Below, piece after piece: positions 11,301 to 29,573 of a stretch of DNA of 64,000 nt. Position numbers and translations under genes: made by a program. Position 1 is the first letter of the stretch; each line of letters starts with the position of its first letter. Source of the DNA: Felis catus (Eukaryota); contig NC_058369.1 in the NCBI RefSeq assembly GCF_018350175.1, forward strand, positions 4,712,001-4,776,000, written 5' to 3'. The notes under the pieces are model-generated. The model saw only the letters and a list, made by a program, of their open reading frames with translations, was not told the origin of the DNA and did no database searches.

Positions 11301-14300
11301 AATGCCTGGGCACCGGCACCTGAGGAAGGGGTGGGGGAGGGTCCAGCTGGGTCCTGTCCCCGCAGCTGTGGCGCCCTCCGCCCACTGCACCCAGCCCATG
11401 GCCCTCCATTATCGGGGGAGGCCTGCACTCACGTCAATGCCCCCACCAATCCGGGATCCGTACTCGTTCCGGTCCCCAAAGCCACCCTGGTCACGCTCCC
11501 GGAGGATGTCCATCACCATCTCGCAGGCTTGCTGCAAACACACAGGGCACGCTCTACTCCAACACCGTTCCCCGGCATCCCACCACCCAAGGGCCCACGG
11601 GCCGAGGCTGAGCCCATCAGCGCCCCGCTGAGCTCCTGCCCTGCTGTCCCGAGAGGAAGGAGGAAGGATGGCCAGCAACCCCCATTTTCCAGATAGGAAA
11701 ATGAAAGATCAGAGTTTAGGCCTCTTACTTGTGTCCAGCACTGGGAGGGACAGCTCAGCATGAGAGCGCTCTCGAATACTGCTTCCCCTTTCAATCAAAT
11801 CCCGAGCCCCATCTGTCGCTCACTTCTCCAGGTGCCCCAACACCCCGGGGTTCTCACCTGCACTTTGTAAGGATCCCCAATGATGCGAAGAGGCTTGTCC
11901 ACGTTTGTGTTCTGGGAGCCATCTTGAATTAAAATCATCTTCACTCCAGCTCTTTCCTTCACAACCAATGTGGAGAGTCAGTGCTGGGCTTTCAAAGGAC
12001 TTTCTGGGGCTAGTGCACGTGGGTGGGGCAGATATGACCACGAGGGTAAGAGGCTCTGGCAAAGCAGCCGGCGGGGTATGCACACGCAGATGCAGGAAGG
12101 AGACTTTCCTGGGACAGGAGGAGCTTCCGTCCCAGCCCTCACCTGCAGCTGCTTAATGGTCTCGCCACCTTTGCCGATGACCAGGCCAGCCTTCCCTGCG
12201 GGGATCATGATCTCCTGTACAGTGCCGTTCTGGCCCCCGTTGGCATTGTCGTGGAACTGTCCTGGGGGGCCCCCACGACCCCGAGAGACGATGTCATCCA
12301 GCATCATCTTTGCTTTCCTGGGAAGGAGAAGACTGGGACTGAGACACCTGAGAGAGTACTGGCCTGACAGCCCCGTCCAGCTCAAAGGGAAGAAGGTGAG
12401 TCCGACACGCGTGTCTGGCAAATGACGACGAGGAAGAGGGTCCATCCCCGGGGCTAGGGCTGGGGCCATTCGGGTTGTTTTCCCAGATCTTCGGAGTCAG
12501 GGGAATCGAAAATCAGTACAGTCCCCGGCGAGGGCGACGCCCCCAACTTTCCAAAGGATGGAGAGACCTTCTGCTTGTTCCCCTCATCACAAGGGCCCAG
12601 CAAGGGACTTACTGGACAGACTCCGGGGCTCCTGTCAAGGATACGCTGCGCTCTGGTAGGCCACCGCTGTCTGGAGAAAAGAAACAGGGTCAATGCCTTT
12701 CTGAGTCTGTGGACACCGGAGAAAGGCTTTCTATGGAGATGACGAAAGTTGCACTACCAGTGGCCACTTCTGCCACCATTCAGTGGCCTGACAAACCACT
12801 ACCTTGCCAAACACCCGGGAGGCTACTCTATGCAAGACCAAGGTCAGGAAGCTCACAGTCCAGGAAAGGAGACAGATCTTTCAGGGACAAAGACGAGATA
12901 GAAGGAGATGTCCTGAACCTAGGCCACTTCTGCCACCGTTGAGGACCACACATGCACTCTCCACGGCCTATGAAGCCCACTACGTCAGAGCAAGTCCTCA
13001 GACACCCCTGCACAGCAGTCCTTGCCTGGCCTTCAAATCTAGGCCTGGCCTCAAAGTCGTTCCCTTGAAGGCACCTCCCTGCTTCACACGTTCTCACTGA
13101 TTTTCCACCAGGTGCTTAGTTCAGATGGTGACTTAACTAATCGCTTAGAGCAGGATCTAAAACAAGACTTTTTTTTTTTTTTTTTAAAGTAGGCTCCAAA
13201 CCCAGCATGGAGCCCAATGCGGGGCTTGTACTCTCGACCCTGAGATCAAGACCTGAGCTAAGATCAAGAGTCAGACGCTTTATCAACGGAGCCACCCAGG
13301 CGCCCCTAGAACAAGACTTCCTATATTCAATTTTCGACTCTCCACCTCAGCCCTCCCCCTGCAAGCGTACAATGGAAGAAACCAAAGTTGCAGCCACACC
13401 GCAGGGCACTGTGCTGTACGAGTGGAGACCCTGCCCTGAGCCCGGCACACAGAAAGCACTCGGTGAACACCAACCCATCTCACTTCTGTCCTGTCGGAGT
13501 CCAGCCCAACCCCCCACGCCCGTCGTGACACAAGTCTGGCTCTCCTACCTGGAGAGATCTGGACTTTGCAGCCTGAATCCTGCTGGATTTTGTTAATCTG
13601 TTCACCTCCTCTGCCAATGACTAGGTGGAGAAAAAGGAAAAAATAGAAAGGATTGGTGAGGGTACCCTAGCGCTGAGAAGACTGTGGCAGGGGTTCCTGG
13701 CCTCCCCTCCCCAGAGAGCTCCACCATCCTCCCGGCCCAGAGTGGACAGGTGAGAGCGGAGCGGACTACAGGAGGCCTGCTCAGACCAAAGGCTCTGGGC
13801 CAACAGGGGCTCCCAGGGCGCGGTCCCTGACAGGGTGTGATGGGCATCCCACAGTGACCCACTCACTTAGTCCCACCATGCCATCTGGGACCCTGTACTC
13901 TTCTGTCATTGAAGTCCTGCAAAGACAGATGGTAACAATCAGTCTCAAGTGGGAAAGAAGACAGGGGGAGGGGAATGGAAGAGACGGGAGAGCCTCCAGG
14001 AGAAAAGGCCGCTGGAAGCCAGAGCTCCTAACCTGTTCCTAGGCCACAGCTCCTAACCTGCAGGGTCCTTGGTGCTTCCAGCCTCTGGCCCTGCTTCCCA
14101 CCCAGGGCAGGCCTAAGCAGAATCCTAAGAGAGTACAGGACCCCCTCTCCCCACAGCAAGCCACTCAACCTCTCGAGGACTCATCTTCCCCATTCGGGCC
14201 ATGAGAGGCTTGGTTGAGGTCAGCGTGGCCCCTGAACTAGTGCTGTTCCACTGATTCAGGACAAGAGTGTTCTGTAAACACTCAGACACGTTTACAGAAT

Positions 14301-17300
14301 TCCAATAGTCATTTCAGGTCTCTAGACTCAAAAGAAAAAAGATTTGTATCTTTTTCATGTCCTTTCTCTAGTAAGCCCTTACTATATTTTATGTAATTAA
14401 AAAGTGAAACAACGTGGTCCTTCACAAACAATTCTATGTCAGATCCACTGGACTCGTTCTGGGGGGCAAAAAAGTTAAGAACCCCAAGCCCCATCAGCTC
14501 TCAGGGCTCAAACATTTGCAGAAAGCGGACAAGAAACCCACGGCCAGCCCCCTGCCCTTCTGGGAAGATGGCTGTCTGCTGAGGGTCTCACCACAGTGCA
14601 CAGAGACCACCCCCTCCTTCATCATGGCCACGTGCTCCCCTCCCCTCCCTAGGCCCTACACACAGACCAACATAGGAGCAAATGCTGCTCCTCTGCCTCC
14701 TGGGCCTCTCTCTGGCCAAGTAGCAGTGGGGACGAGGCCATAGAACGGTGTACCCCCAGACACAGCTCTCCCCACATCAGCAAGGAAGGCCAGAAGACAG
14801 CTGACAGACAAGGAAACAAGCGTTCTCCAAATCGCGACTTACCTGGGGGGAGGATGGATGGGTCCAAGTTGAGAACTGATGGCTGCAGAGAGAAAACCCA
14901 AAGCAAAGATTGGCCTGGCTCCTCCTTGGGACCCTGAACACTGCTGGCCCCCCGGCACTCCTGCCTGCGTGAGGAGTGGCTGGAACTTACTAGAGTGCTT
15001 CTGAGCCTTCCTGAGCGCTCAAGTGTGATAAGCCCACCTCACATCAGCACACCCACTGACTGTCCCTGCCTCAATCTCTGGGGAATCTGGGATCCCTAGA
15101 GCTCATGGACCCCAGATGATGAACACCTAGAGCCTCCACAAAGGACAGATGCCCTCTGCCTAGAGCTTCCAGCTCCCGACTCCTAAAAATCTCTTAAGAC
15201 CCTGACACTGCCCTCTGCCTGCATCATCCAATGGACTTACAGTCTCCCTGGGAAGCCAGTTTCTTGCTCTCCGGTTGGTCTGTGAAAGAGAGAGGATGTC
15301 AGATGCTGCACCCACCCACCCACAGCTGCCTCAAATCTGATGCTGGTGCCACACGGCCTGGCAAACAACCCCCCCTCCCCCACCCCCACCCCCAGAGCCC
15401 AGACAGGAGAGTAGCAGGGACCAACCCCAGAAGAGGGACAGACTTCCATCAGTCCCACCACCAGCACTAAGGGTGAAACAGTCCTTCCGAATGGGAACAA
15501 GGATGGCAGCACTCGAGTCCAGGGGCAAGGAGGGCCTGGGTGAAAGTCCGGTTTGGGCTGATCCCCACACTGATCACTTTGGCTGCCGTGGGCAGTGCTG
15601 CATGCCCTAGGGCCAGCCACACTGCACTTCTGTGGGGCCTCGATAAAACCGTGAGCATTTCCCAAGCCTACCAGAAGGGGAGGAACAATCTTGAGAACTT
15701 ACAACTTGGACCTAGTCACAATCTGCTCCTCTCAGCCACCTGATACCCCAGAAAGGCAGCCCGAACAAAAAGAATGAACAAAGCTGGGATTGCTGAGGTT
15801 TTAAAAGACCAAATGGCAGTGGGCTTCCCCCTGACTCTGAGCCGAACAAAGGCTACCCCCAGGCCTTCCTCCCAGCAGGTAGTTACAGTTACCTCCATCT
15901 TCTAACTGCCTCTTTTGGCCCCCAAAACCAAAATCAGGAGTGCTGTTATTCACTGTGGTAGCAGCGTCGCCTCCAATTTTGGCTGCGATCTAGAAACAAA
16001 ATTGTAAGCACACAAGATTACCACCAAAACCCAACCTTCCCTGGTGCTCGGCTCAACTTCTCGGAACCTACCCAAGGACTCAGCGTTCAAGAGTCATCCA
16101 GGAATTTCAAAACTCCCTTTCTGGATGAGATCTGTACCTACGCTGTTCGTGATCCGACGGGCAAGCCACACTGATCTGCTCTCGAGAGGGTCCCCAGGTT
16201 GCCTCCACGAGGGAACCAGGGAACCAGAACGTGTGACTGTAGCCCCACTCTTCTGAGATGTTCAAGAGCACAACTTTCCTTTATCTCCCTCACCCTCAAA
16301 ATCTTTGTATCTGTTGAACAAACTGTAGGGACGTTTTTGCTTAAAGGCATCTGAAACCTTCGTTCCACCAAAACAAAAGACCCTCTTGGGGCACACACGT
16401 TACATTTTGGACACGTGAAGAACAACTTCAAACAAGCCTGATCCAACAAATTTAAAACCAGAGTCCGTTTGTGGGATTATCACAAGTTTTCCAAAGAAAC
16501 ACAAACCAGATGCTAAGCTGAGGATCTATCTTCCACCTCTCCCCATTTTTTTTTTTTTTTAACACTTGGGAGGCAAAGCTCTTAGGATGAAGACTTTTTC
16601 CTATTAACTCGCCCCGTTACAACTGCTTCTCAGTTAAAGCGCTTGGGTGGGCGTCCAGATTCAGTGCACATTAGAACCCTACCTGTCCCATCTCATAGGT
16701 GAGAAAGACACAGACCACACTGGGCGGGGAACAGGGCGTTCACCTAACGGGACCTCCCACTCTGCCCTGGAGGCACTGAACAACCCAGGGAAAGCACTCT
16801 TGCGGGAATGCACTCAGACGGCCCCCAGCTGGTCGGCTTCCCGGGAGGGCGGCAAAGTTCTCCCATTCTACAGGCCTCCTTCCCTCCAGGACGTAGGGAG
16901 GCCGCAAATGGAGCCGAGGAGGTCAGTCACACCAGCATGTGACACCTCCACGTTACCATCACGCCTCAAAACACAGTGGTGGGACCCTCCCCCCTTTCCA
17001 AAAGAGGCAGACCACGCTTTCAAGGCACCGGAAGCATCAAAAAGAGCCAGCCCCTATGCCTACCCTCCCCATTTCGCCTAAGTGCCCGGCCGCTCTGATA
17101 GCAGAAGGGTCCCTCTTCCACTTTCCAGGCTGAAGAGGAAGAGCTGTTTTCCTCTCGAAGTCCCTTCTTCCCGGGGAGCAGACAAAAATGCGACTGGGCT
17201 GGGGGCAAACAGGGCCCTCTACCCTGATGGGGAGATGAGGGCAACGCAAGACCGTCCCCCGGGGAAGGTGGACACTTTGCTTCCAGGAGAGGGGAGCACG

Positions 17301-17835
17301 CCCTCGGGTGTCCTAAGAGGAGGGCTCCCTAAGTGAGTCCCCGCTTTCCGGAGCCCCCTGAACATCCAGGGGCCACTCCTGGCGACCCCCCGGACGCCCC
17401 ATGCCCCTGCAGGGGGTCACCCGCTGGGGGCCACGGGAGACACCCCGAGCGGCCCTGGCCCCCGCCTACCGCCCCACGTGACCCCGCGGCGGCCTCGCCC
17501 CCCCCCACCCGCGACCCCGCGCGCGCGCGCGTGACCCCGCCCCCTCCCCCGCCCGCGCGCGCCCCTCAGGCCCGCGGCCTCCTCACCTGGCGGGCCCGCT
17601 GCACGGCGTCGGCGAAGGCGTCCTTGCGGATCCCCGGGCCTCCCCCGCCGGGCGGCTGGGAGGGACCCCCGGCCGACCCCCCGCCCGGACCGCCGCCGCC
17701 GGGGCCGCCGCCGCCCCGGTCCCCCGCGCCCGGCGGGCCCGGCGGAGGGCCTCCCCCGGCGCCTCCCGCTCCCCNNNNNNNNNNNNNNNNNNNNNNNNNN
17801 NNNNNNNNNNNNNNNNNNNNNNNNNNNNNNNNNNN
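8379..17835 (-). CDS. KHSRP: KH-type splicing regulatory protein (KSRP/FUBP2), 4 KH domains plus C-terminal AWEEYYK repeats
   Basis: Exons (+ coordinates): ~17835 (ATG inferred inside N-gap)-17587, 15989-15893, 15279-15241, 14882-14843, 13916-13867, 13620-13549, 12670-12613, 12317-12143, 11956-11858, 11531-11433, 11319-11217, 10530-10430, 10302-10158, 10070-9910, 9812-9703, 9323-9235, 9127-8930, 8825-8748, 8656-8379 (read-through ...GVCP* form). GxxG KH motifs (IIGRGGE, VIGKGGE, VIGRSGE, VIGRGGE). All visible junctions are GT-AG and in frame. The stop of the shorter ...AQ* form probably lies in gap 7214-7408. Confidence 0.97.
13169..13306 (-). mobile_element. Short Can-SINE in KHSRP intron 6
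   Basis: SINE head and A-tail; TSD ta(a/g)aacaagactt. Confidence 0.85.
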
Positions 17836-18830
17836 NNNNNNNNNNNNNNNNNNNNNNNNNNNNNNNNNNNNNNNNNNNNNNNNNNNNNNNNNNNNNNNNN
17901 NNNNNNNNNNNNNNNNNNNNNNNNNNNNNNNNNNNNNNNNNNNNNNNNNNNNNNNNNNNNNNNNNNNNNNNNNNNNNNACGAGGGGGGAGAGGGACGCCC
18001 CCTCCCGCCGCCGGCGTGACGGACGGCGCAGCCAGGCCAATGGGAGGCGGCCGCCGCTCCTGGGACACCAATCGCGGGCTCCGGAGGCGAGCGGCCAATC
18101 GGAGTGCCGCGAGAGGCAGTGGGCGGGAGGCGCCGCGTGACCGACAGCTCTCGTAGGCAGTGGGCTGCCGGCTGCCGGTCCTGGGCGGGCAAATCGAGGA
18201 GACCCGAAAGGGCAGGAGGCCCAATGAAGCGGGAGTTCCAGAACTACGGGGCGACTTCAGAGCCGGATTGACGGCTCCAGAGAGTCAAGTGGACGGGAAG
18301 GAGGGGACTGACGAAAGGCCCCTTTCAACAGGCTGGGCGGGCGCCAGGTGAGATAATCGTGCACGCAAGCCAATGAGTACACGCGGGAGGCGGTTCTTGT
18401 CAAGATTGGCAGTCGATTTAACCCAATTCCTGACGAGTTCTGGGTGACGAGCTTAGGTTTGGACTGGATTGCTTTCCCCGTTAACCAGAATCCTTTTCTC
18501 GCCTTGATTTCTAAGCCAATGGCTGGGTGGCGGGGGCGGTGCAAGGTGACAGACACCGCTGCAGACAAATGGCAGTGAAGGCAGTAAAGGTGCCCAGTTT
18601 TGGTGGGAGCCAGTGGAAGCGCAGCTGCATTGGGGCGGAGCCGGCCACCCAGACGACGAGAGGCGATTGGCGGTAGCGGGAGTGAATGGCAGTCGACGTG
18701 GGCAGTGCCGACCGGCTGCGGGAATTCGGGCCTGACGTCTGAGTTAGCGCCCCTGGAGCCTGACTGGGTAGGCCGAACACATGGCCTGCTCGAGGTCTTG
18801 GAGATCGGTGCTTCCGGGGGTGGGGTGGCC
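17300..18830 (-). promoter_or_regulatory. KHSRP CpG island / TATA-less promoter with about 10 CCAAT boxes and GC boxes
   Basis: Very high CpG density. CCAAT/ATTGG at 18037, 18068, 18095, 18221, 18370, 18404, 18423, 18516, 18629, 18666. Confidence 0.88.
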
Positions 18831-19343
18831 CGAGAGTAGGAGGGAACCCAGGGATCCCCTGTATCCCTTCACTTCAACACCCAGGATTCTAGAGCCCCCA
18901 CTTCTCTCCCAGGATTCAATGAAACCAGTTCCCCTCCAGAATGCAAGGGTCTAGAGCCGTTGGTTCTCTCCTAGGACCGTAATGCCACACCCCACACCCG
19001 CTTCACATACGGTCTGGGATCTGAGCTACAAGCTCCCGTCCTAGGTACTCAATTTCTCTCCTGAACCCAGGTATCAGGTAGCTTTACAATTCCTATTCAG
19101 GTGCAAGGGGTCCAAGATATCCAGCCCCCACTCCGGGCCCCCGGGATCCCAGGTACCTGGCTTCCACTTTTGGACCTAGATATCTGAAGCGACCAGCTCC
19201 CTCTTAGACCTAGGGTATTCCAGGTCCCCAACTCATCTCCTGGTACCAAGGATTCCTAGTCCCCTCCTAGACCCAGAGATTCCAGACACCCAGCTCCTCT
19301 CTTGGACCCAGGTATCCCAGACCCATCCAGCAGAAACCGTCTC

Positions 19344-19349
19344 TTTATT
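19344..19349 (-). terminator. SLC25A41 poly(A) signal AATAAA
   Basis: TTTATT about 255 nt downstream of the stop codon. Confidence 0.7.
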
Positions 19350-19604
19350 TCAGATAGTCTCCTTGTCCACCATGTCACCCTGAAGCCAGGACAAGCCATA
19401 ACGGGCCAAATTGGAGTCCAGACTAGTCCCAGCCTGCACCCTGGGGAGGGGTCCCCAAGAATCTTCTGACCCAGGCCCCCAGACTGCTTCTCCTGACAAA
19501 AACTGCCCCACCCCCCTCGGGCCTCAGCCTGGAGGGCTCTTTGGGTCAGGGGACACTGGACCCTCCTGTCCATTTCTGCCCAGGGTGTGTCGACCAGACA
19601 GTGT

Positions 19605-25778
<6,174 letters not shown>

Positions 25779-25879
25779 TTAGGACGCCCAGATTCAAAAC
25801 CCAGCAACCATGTGGGAGAGCCACCTTGTCAATTTGGGTACCAGAGCATGATGAGGTCACAGAGGCCCTTGTGACCTCA

Positions 25880-26390
25880 CTGGATATGGTGGGTAGAATA
25901 AGGGTGTCCCCCACAAAATGCCCACATCCAAATCCCTCTAAACCCACGAACTTGTCATGTTACACGGCAAAGGGGAAAGTAAATTTGCCGGAGGAATTAG
26001 GGTCGCTAACCCAACCAGCTGATGAGACGGAGAGATTATTCTGGATCGACTGCATGGGTCCAGTCTGACCTCCTGAGTCCTTAAACAGTGAAGAGGGAAG
26101 TACAGCATTCGGTGTTCGAAGGATTCAGTGTAAGAAGGACTCGACCGAGCTTTGCTGGCGTTGCAGGTGGGGGGAGGCATCCGCCAGCCCCCGAGTGCGG
26201 GCAGACCCTCCTCGAAGCTGGAAAAGGCCAGGAAGCAGATTCTCCCCTGGAGTCTCCAGAAGGAGCTTGACTTTGGCCCCGTGAGATTCATGTCAGACCT
26301 CTGACCTCTAGAACAATAGACTTGTGTTGCTTGAAGCCACCAAGTTTGTGGTCATTTGTTAGAGCAGCCGTAGGAAACTAACACACTGGG
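25880..26390 (+). mobile_element. MaLR MLT1-type solo LTR immediately upstream of the SLC25A41 ATG
   Basis: Starts tatggtgggtagaataagggtgtcccc, ends gtttgtggtcatttgttagagcagccgtaggaaactaaca. Confidence 0.8.
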
Positions 26391-26689
26391 TTTTGTTGTC
26401 ATGGCAATGGGAGACAGAAGTGAGGGAGAATGGGAGGGTTCTGGAGTTCTGGGAGGGAGAGACACAGTTGGTCCCCCAAATAAGGCAGGCCGTAGGGTTG
26501 GAGGCAGCCCGGGTTTGAATCCCATCTAGGACAACTCTTGCTGTGTGTGACCTTGGGATACTCGCTTTACTTCTCTGAGTTTCAGTTTCTGCATTTGTAA
26601 ATCGGAAGTAATGCTAAGCCCTACCGCATGGAGTCAATGGGCTCTAAGGAGTCTTCAGGGGGAGAACACCCATCCTCCAAGTGGTTTGG

Positions 26690-27530
26690 TTCAAAAATCT
26701 TGATGTCATCCGTGATTCCTCCCTCTCTCTCATGCACACGCTGTCAGCAAATCCTGGCTTAACCTTTAACATACACCCAGAATCTGGATGCTTCTAACCA
26801 CGTCTCGGGCCTCCACGCTGGTCCAGCCCCATGATGGGTCCCCCGGACAGGTGCCGTCATGGCCACTCTGATCCCTCCCACTCTCACCCCCCAGTCTGTC
26901 CTCCCCACAGTGGCCACCAGAGGACACCAGTGAGCACCTGAGTCCCGTCCTGCCCTCCTCTGCCCACAGCCCTCCAGGGCTCCCACCACCCCAGGTAGAA
27001 GCCTAAGTCCTCCCTGAGGCCCACCACACCCTGCACAACCTGTCCCGCCCCCTCTGCCCTCCCTCCCTCCCTCCCTCTTTCCCCCTTGCCCACTCTGCTT
27101 CAGCCCCACGGGCCTCCTTCCTCTTCCTCCAACACGCCAGGCATGATGCTGCCCCAGGGCCCTTGCACTGGCTCTCTTCTCTGCCTAGAATGCTGTTTTC
27201 CTAGACATCGCCATGCTGCCTCCCTCGCTGTCTTTAAATCCTTATGCAAACATCTCCTCCCTGATGCTGCCTCTGACCACCCTATTTAAAATTTAAACTC
27301 TGCCCTGTAGGATTTCATATCCCCCTTCCCTCCTTTGTTGGTATCTGTAGCATCTTTGTTTCCCACATGGCTACATATTCACTCACGTGTGTTATTATTG
27401 TTTCTCGCTCCCCACTGGAATGTGGGGTCTACGAGAGCAATGGTGGTTGTCTGTTTCACTCACTTCTGTGTCCCATGTCCAAAACCGGGTCTGGCACCAA
27501 GTAAGGGTCCGGCAAGTAGATGGTGAATAG
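26690..27530 (+). mobile_element. L2 3' fragment
   Basis: Typical L2 motifs (ctcttcctccaacacgccagg...agggcccttgcactggct...ctgcctagaatgct). Confidence 0.65.
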
Positions 27531-28239
27531 GTGAAGAAGGTAACACATCCAAGAGCTTAGCACACTTGCTCAATAAATGTAAGTTCTTTTCCCTCTAAAG
27601 ATGTTAGTTGAAGCACCTCTTATTTTGGGGAGACATAGAAAGAGAAAAAGCAGTCTTTCTGGTGTCACACTGCATATCCGCAGGGCCTCCTAAGTCCCAA
27701 CCAGCATAATGGAATGCAAGAATGTGAACAAGAAAACAGACGTTAACGGACCCGATTCAATCCAATCAAAGTGGTAATACTCGATGCTGGTGTGACTGAA
27801 GTAAAACTAGTAATGCTCATTCCTTGTTGGTGGCTGTGTCTATCGCATACGAGTTTTCTGGTGGCATGATCCTGGAATAGTCCTAGCCTTTGGCCCAGCG
27901 ATCCTGCTTCTGGGCATTGATCCTCAGGACATAATTTAAAGGAAGTAAAAGTACAACATAGCCAGGTTTCATTTCTTAGTTGAGTGTGTGGAAAATCATG
28001 TCTATGTATGTGTACGTGTATCGGTTAGCTACAGCTGCATGACAAAGTACCCCAACTGTAGCAGCTTAAAACACAGAGAAGATGGTTATCTGCAGTGCCT
28101 TTTATAATCTCTTCTTGGTAGTAACATACTATCACTGCTGTTGGATCCTCTTGGTCATACAGACTCTCCTTGGTTCAGTGAGAGAGGGGACTACCCAAGA
28201 ATGAGTTCTAGGAGGAAGAGATCCTTGGGGAACATCTTG

Positions 28240-28738
28240 GTTTTTTTTGGTTTGCTTGTTTTTTGTTTTTCCTTTTTTTTTTTTTTTAACGTGTATTCAT
28301 TTTTGAGAGACAAAGACAGAGCGTGAGCGGGGGAGGGGCAGAGAGAGAGGGAGACACAGAATCCGAAGCCCGGCTCCAGGCTCTGAGCTGTCAGCACAGA
28401 GCCCGACGTGGGGCTCGAACTCATGGACTGCGAGATCATGACCTGAGCTGAAGTTGGATGCTTAAATGACTGAGCCACCCAGGCACCCTGGGAACATCTT
28501 GGAGGGTGACTATCATGGTCCACATAGGAAAAAGGTTGGTAATTAAAAATTTTTTTAATGTTTATTTTTGAGAGACAGAGACAGAGTGCAAGTGGGGGAG
28601 GGCCAGAGAGAGAGGGAGACACAGAATCCCAGTCAGGCTCCAGGCCGTGAGCTGTCAGCACAGAGCCTGACGCGGGGCTCGAACTCACGATCCGAGCCGA
28701 AGTTGGACTCTTAACCGATTGAGCCACCCAGGGGCCCC
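28240..28738 (-). mobile_element. Two tandem minus-strand Can-SINEs (28240-28489, 28545-28738)
   Basis: Both match consensus; the second has a short internal deletion. Confidence 0.88.
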
Positions 28739-28929
28739 ATGTTTGGTCACTTAAAGACAGGCAGAAATTGGACTGAGTCTACAGGCTGAGGAACAGTGTC
28801 AGCGACTGCCAAAAGCTGGAAGAGGCAAGAAGGATCCTCCCCTAAAGTCTCTTCAGAGGGATCATGACCCTCTGATTTCAGACTTCTAGACTTCAGAACG
28901 GGGCAGACAATAAATTCCTGTTGTTTCTT

Positions 28930-29426
28930 ATTCACGATATAGCCCAAAGTGGAAGCAACCCAGTGTCTCTCGTTGGATGAAGGGTAAACAGGATGTGGTC
29001 CATCCATACAACGAAATAACGTTCAGCCTTAAAAAGGAAAGACATCCTGGCACCTGTTACATCGCGGATGGACCCTGAGGACATTGTGCTCAGTGAGAAA
29101 AGCCAGTCACAAAAGGACTTCATGACCTCCCTCACAGGAGGTCCCTAGAGGAGCCCTGTCCACAGAAACAGAGAGGGGATGGTGGGAGCCAGGGGTGGGG
29201 AGTCAGTGCTTCATGGGGACGGGGTCTCAGTCTGGGGAGATGGAAAGTTCTGGAGATGGGTTGTGGGGGTGGCTGCACAACCATGTAATGTGCTTGACTG
29301 AGCTGTATACTTCAAACTGGTTAGGATGAGGGGCACCAACTCAGTTGAGCCTCTGACTCGATTTCGGCTCAGGTCATGATCTTGGGGTTTGTGAGTTTGA
29401 GCCGTGCGTCCAGTTCTCCACTGACA
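28930..29426 (+). mobile_element. L1 3' end followed by a SINE head running into an N-gap
   Basis: atagcccaaagtggaagcaacccagtgtc...gccttaaaaaggaaagacatcctggcac. Confidence 0.8.
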
Positions 29427-29573
29427 NNNNNNNNNNNNNNNNNNNNNNNNNNNNNNNNNNNNNNNNNNNNNNNNNNNNNNNNNNNNNNNNNNNNNNNNNN
29501 NNNNNNNNNNNNNNNNNNNNNNNNNNNNNNNNNNNNNNNNNNNNNNNNNNNNNNNNNNNNNNNNNNNNNNNNN

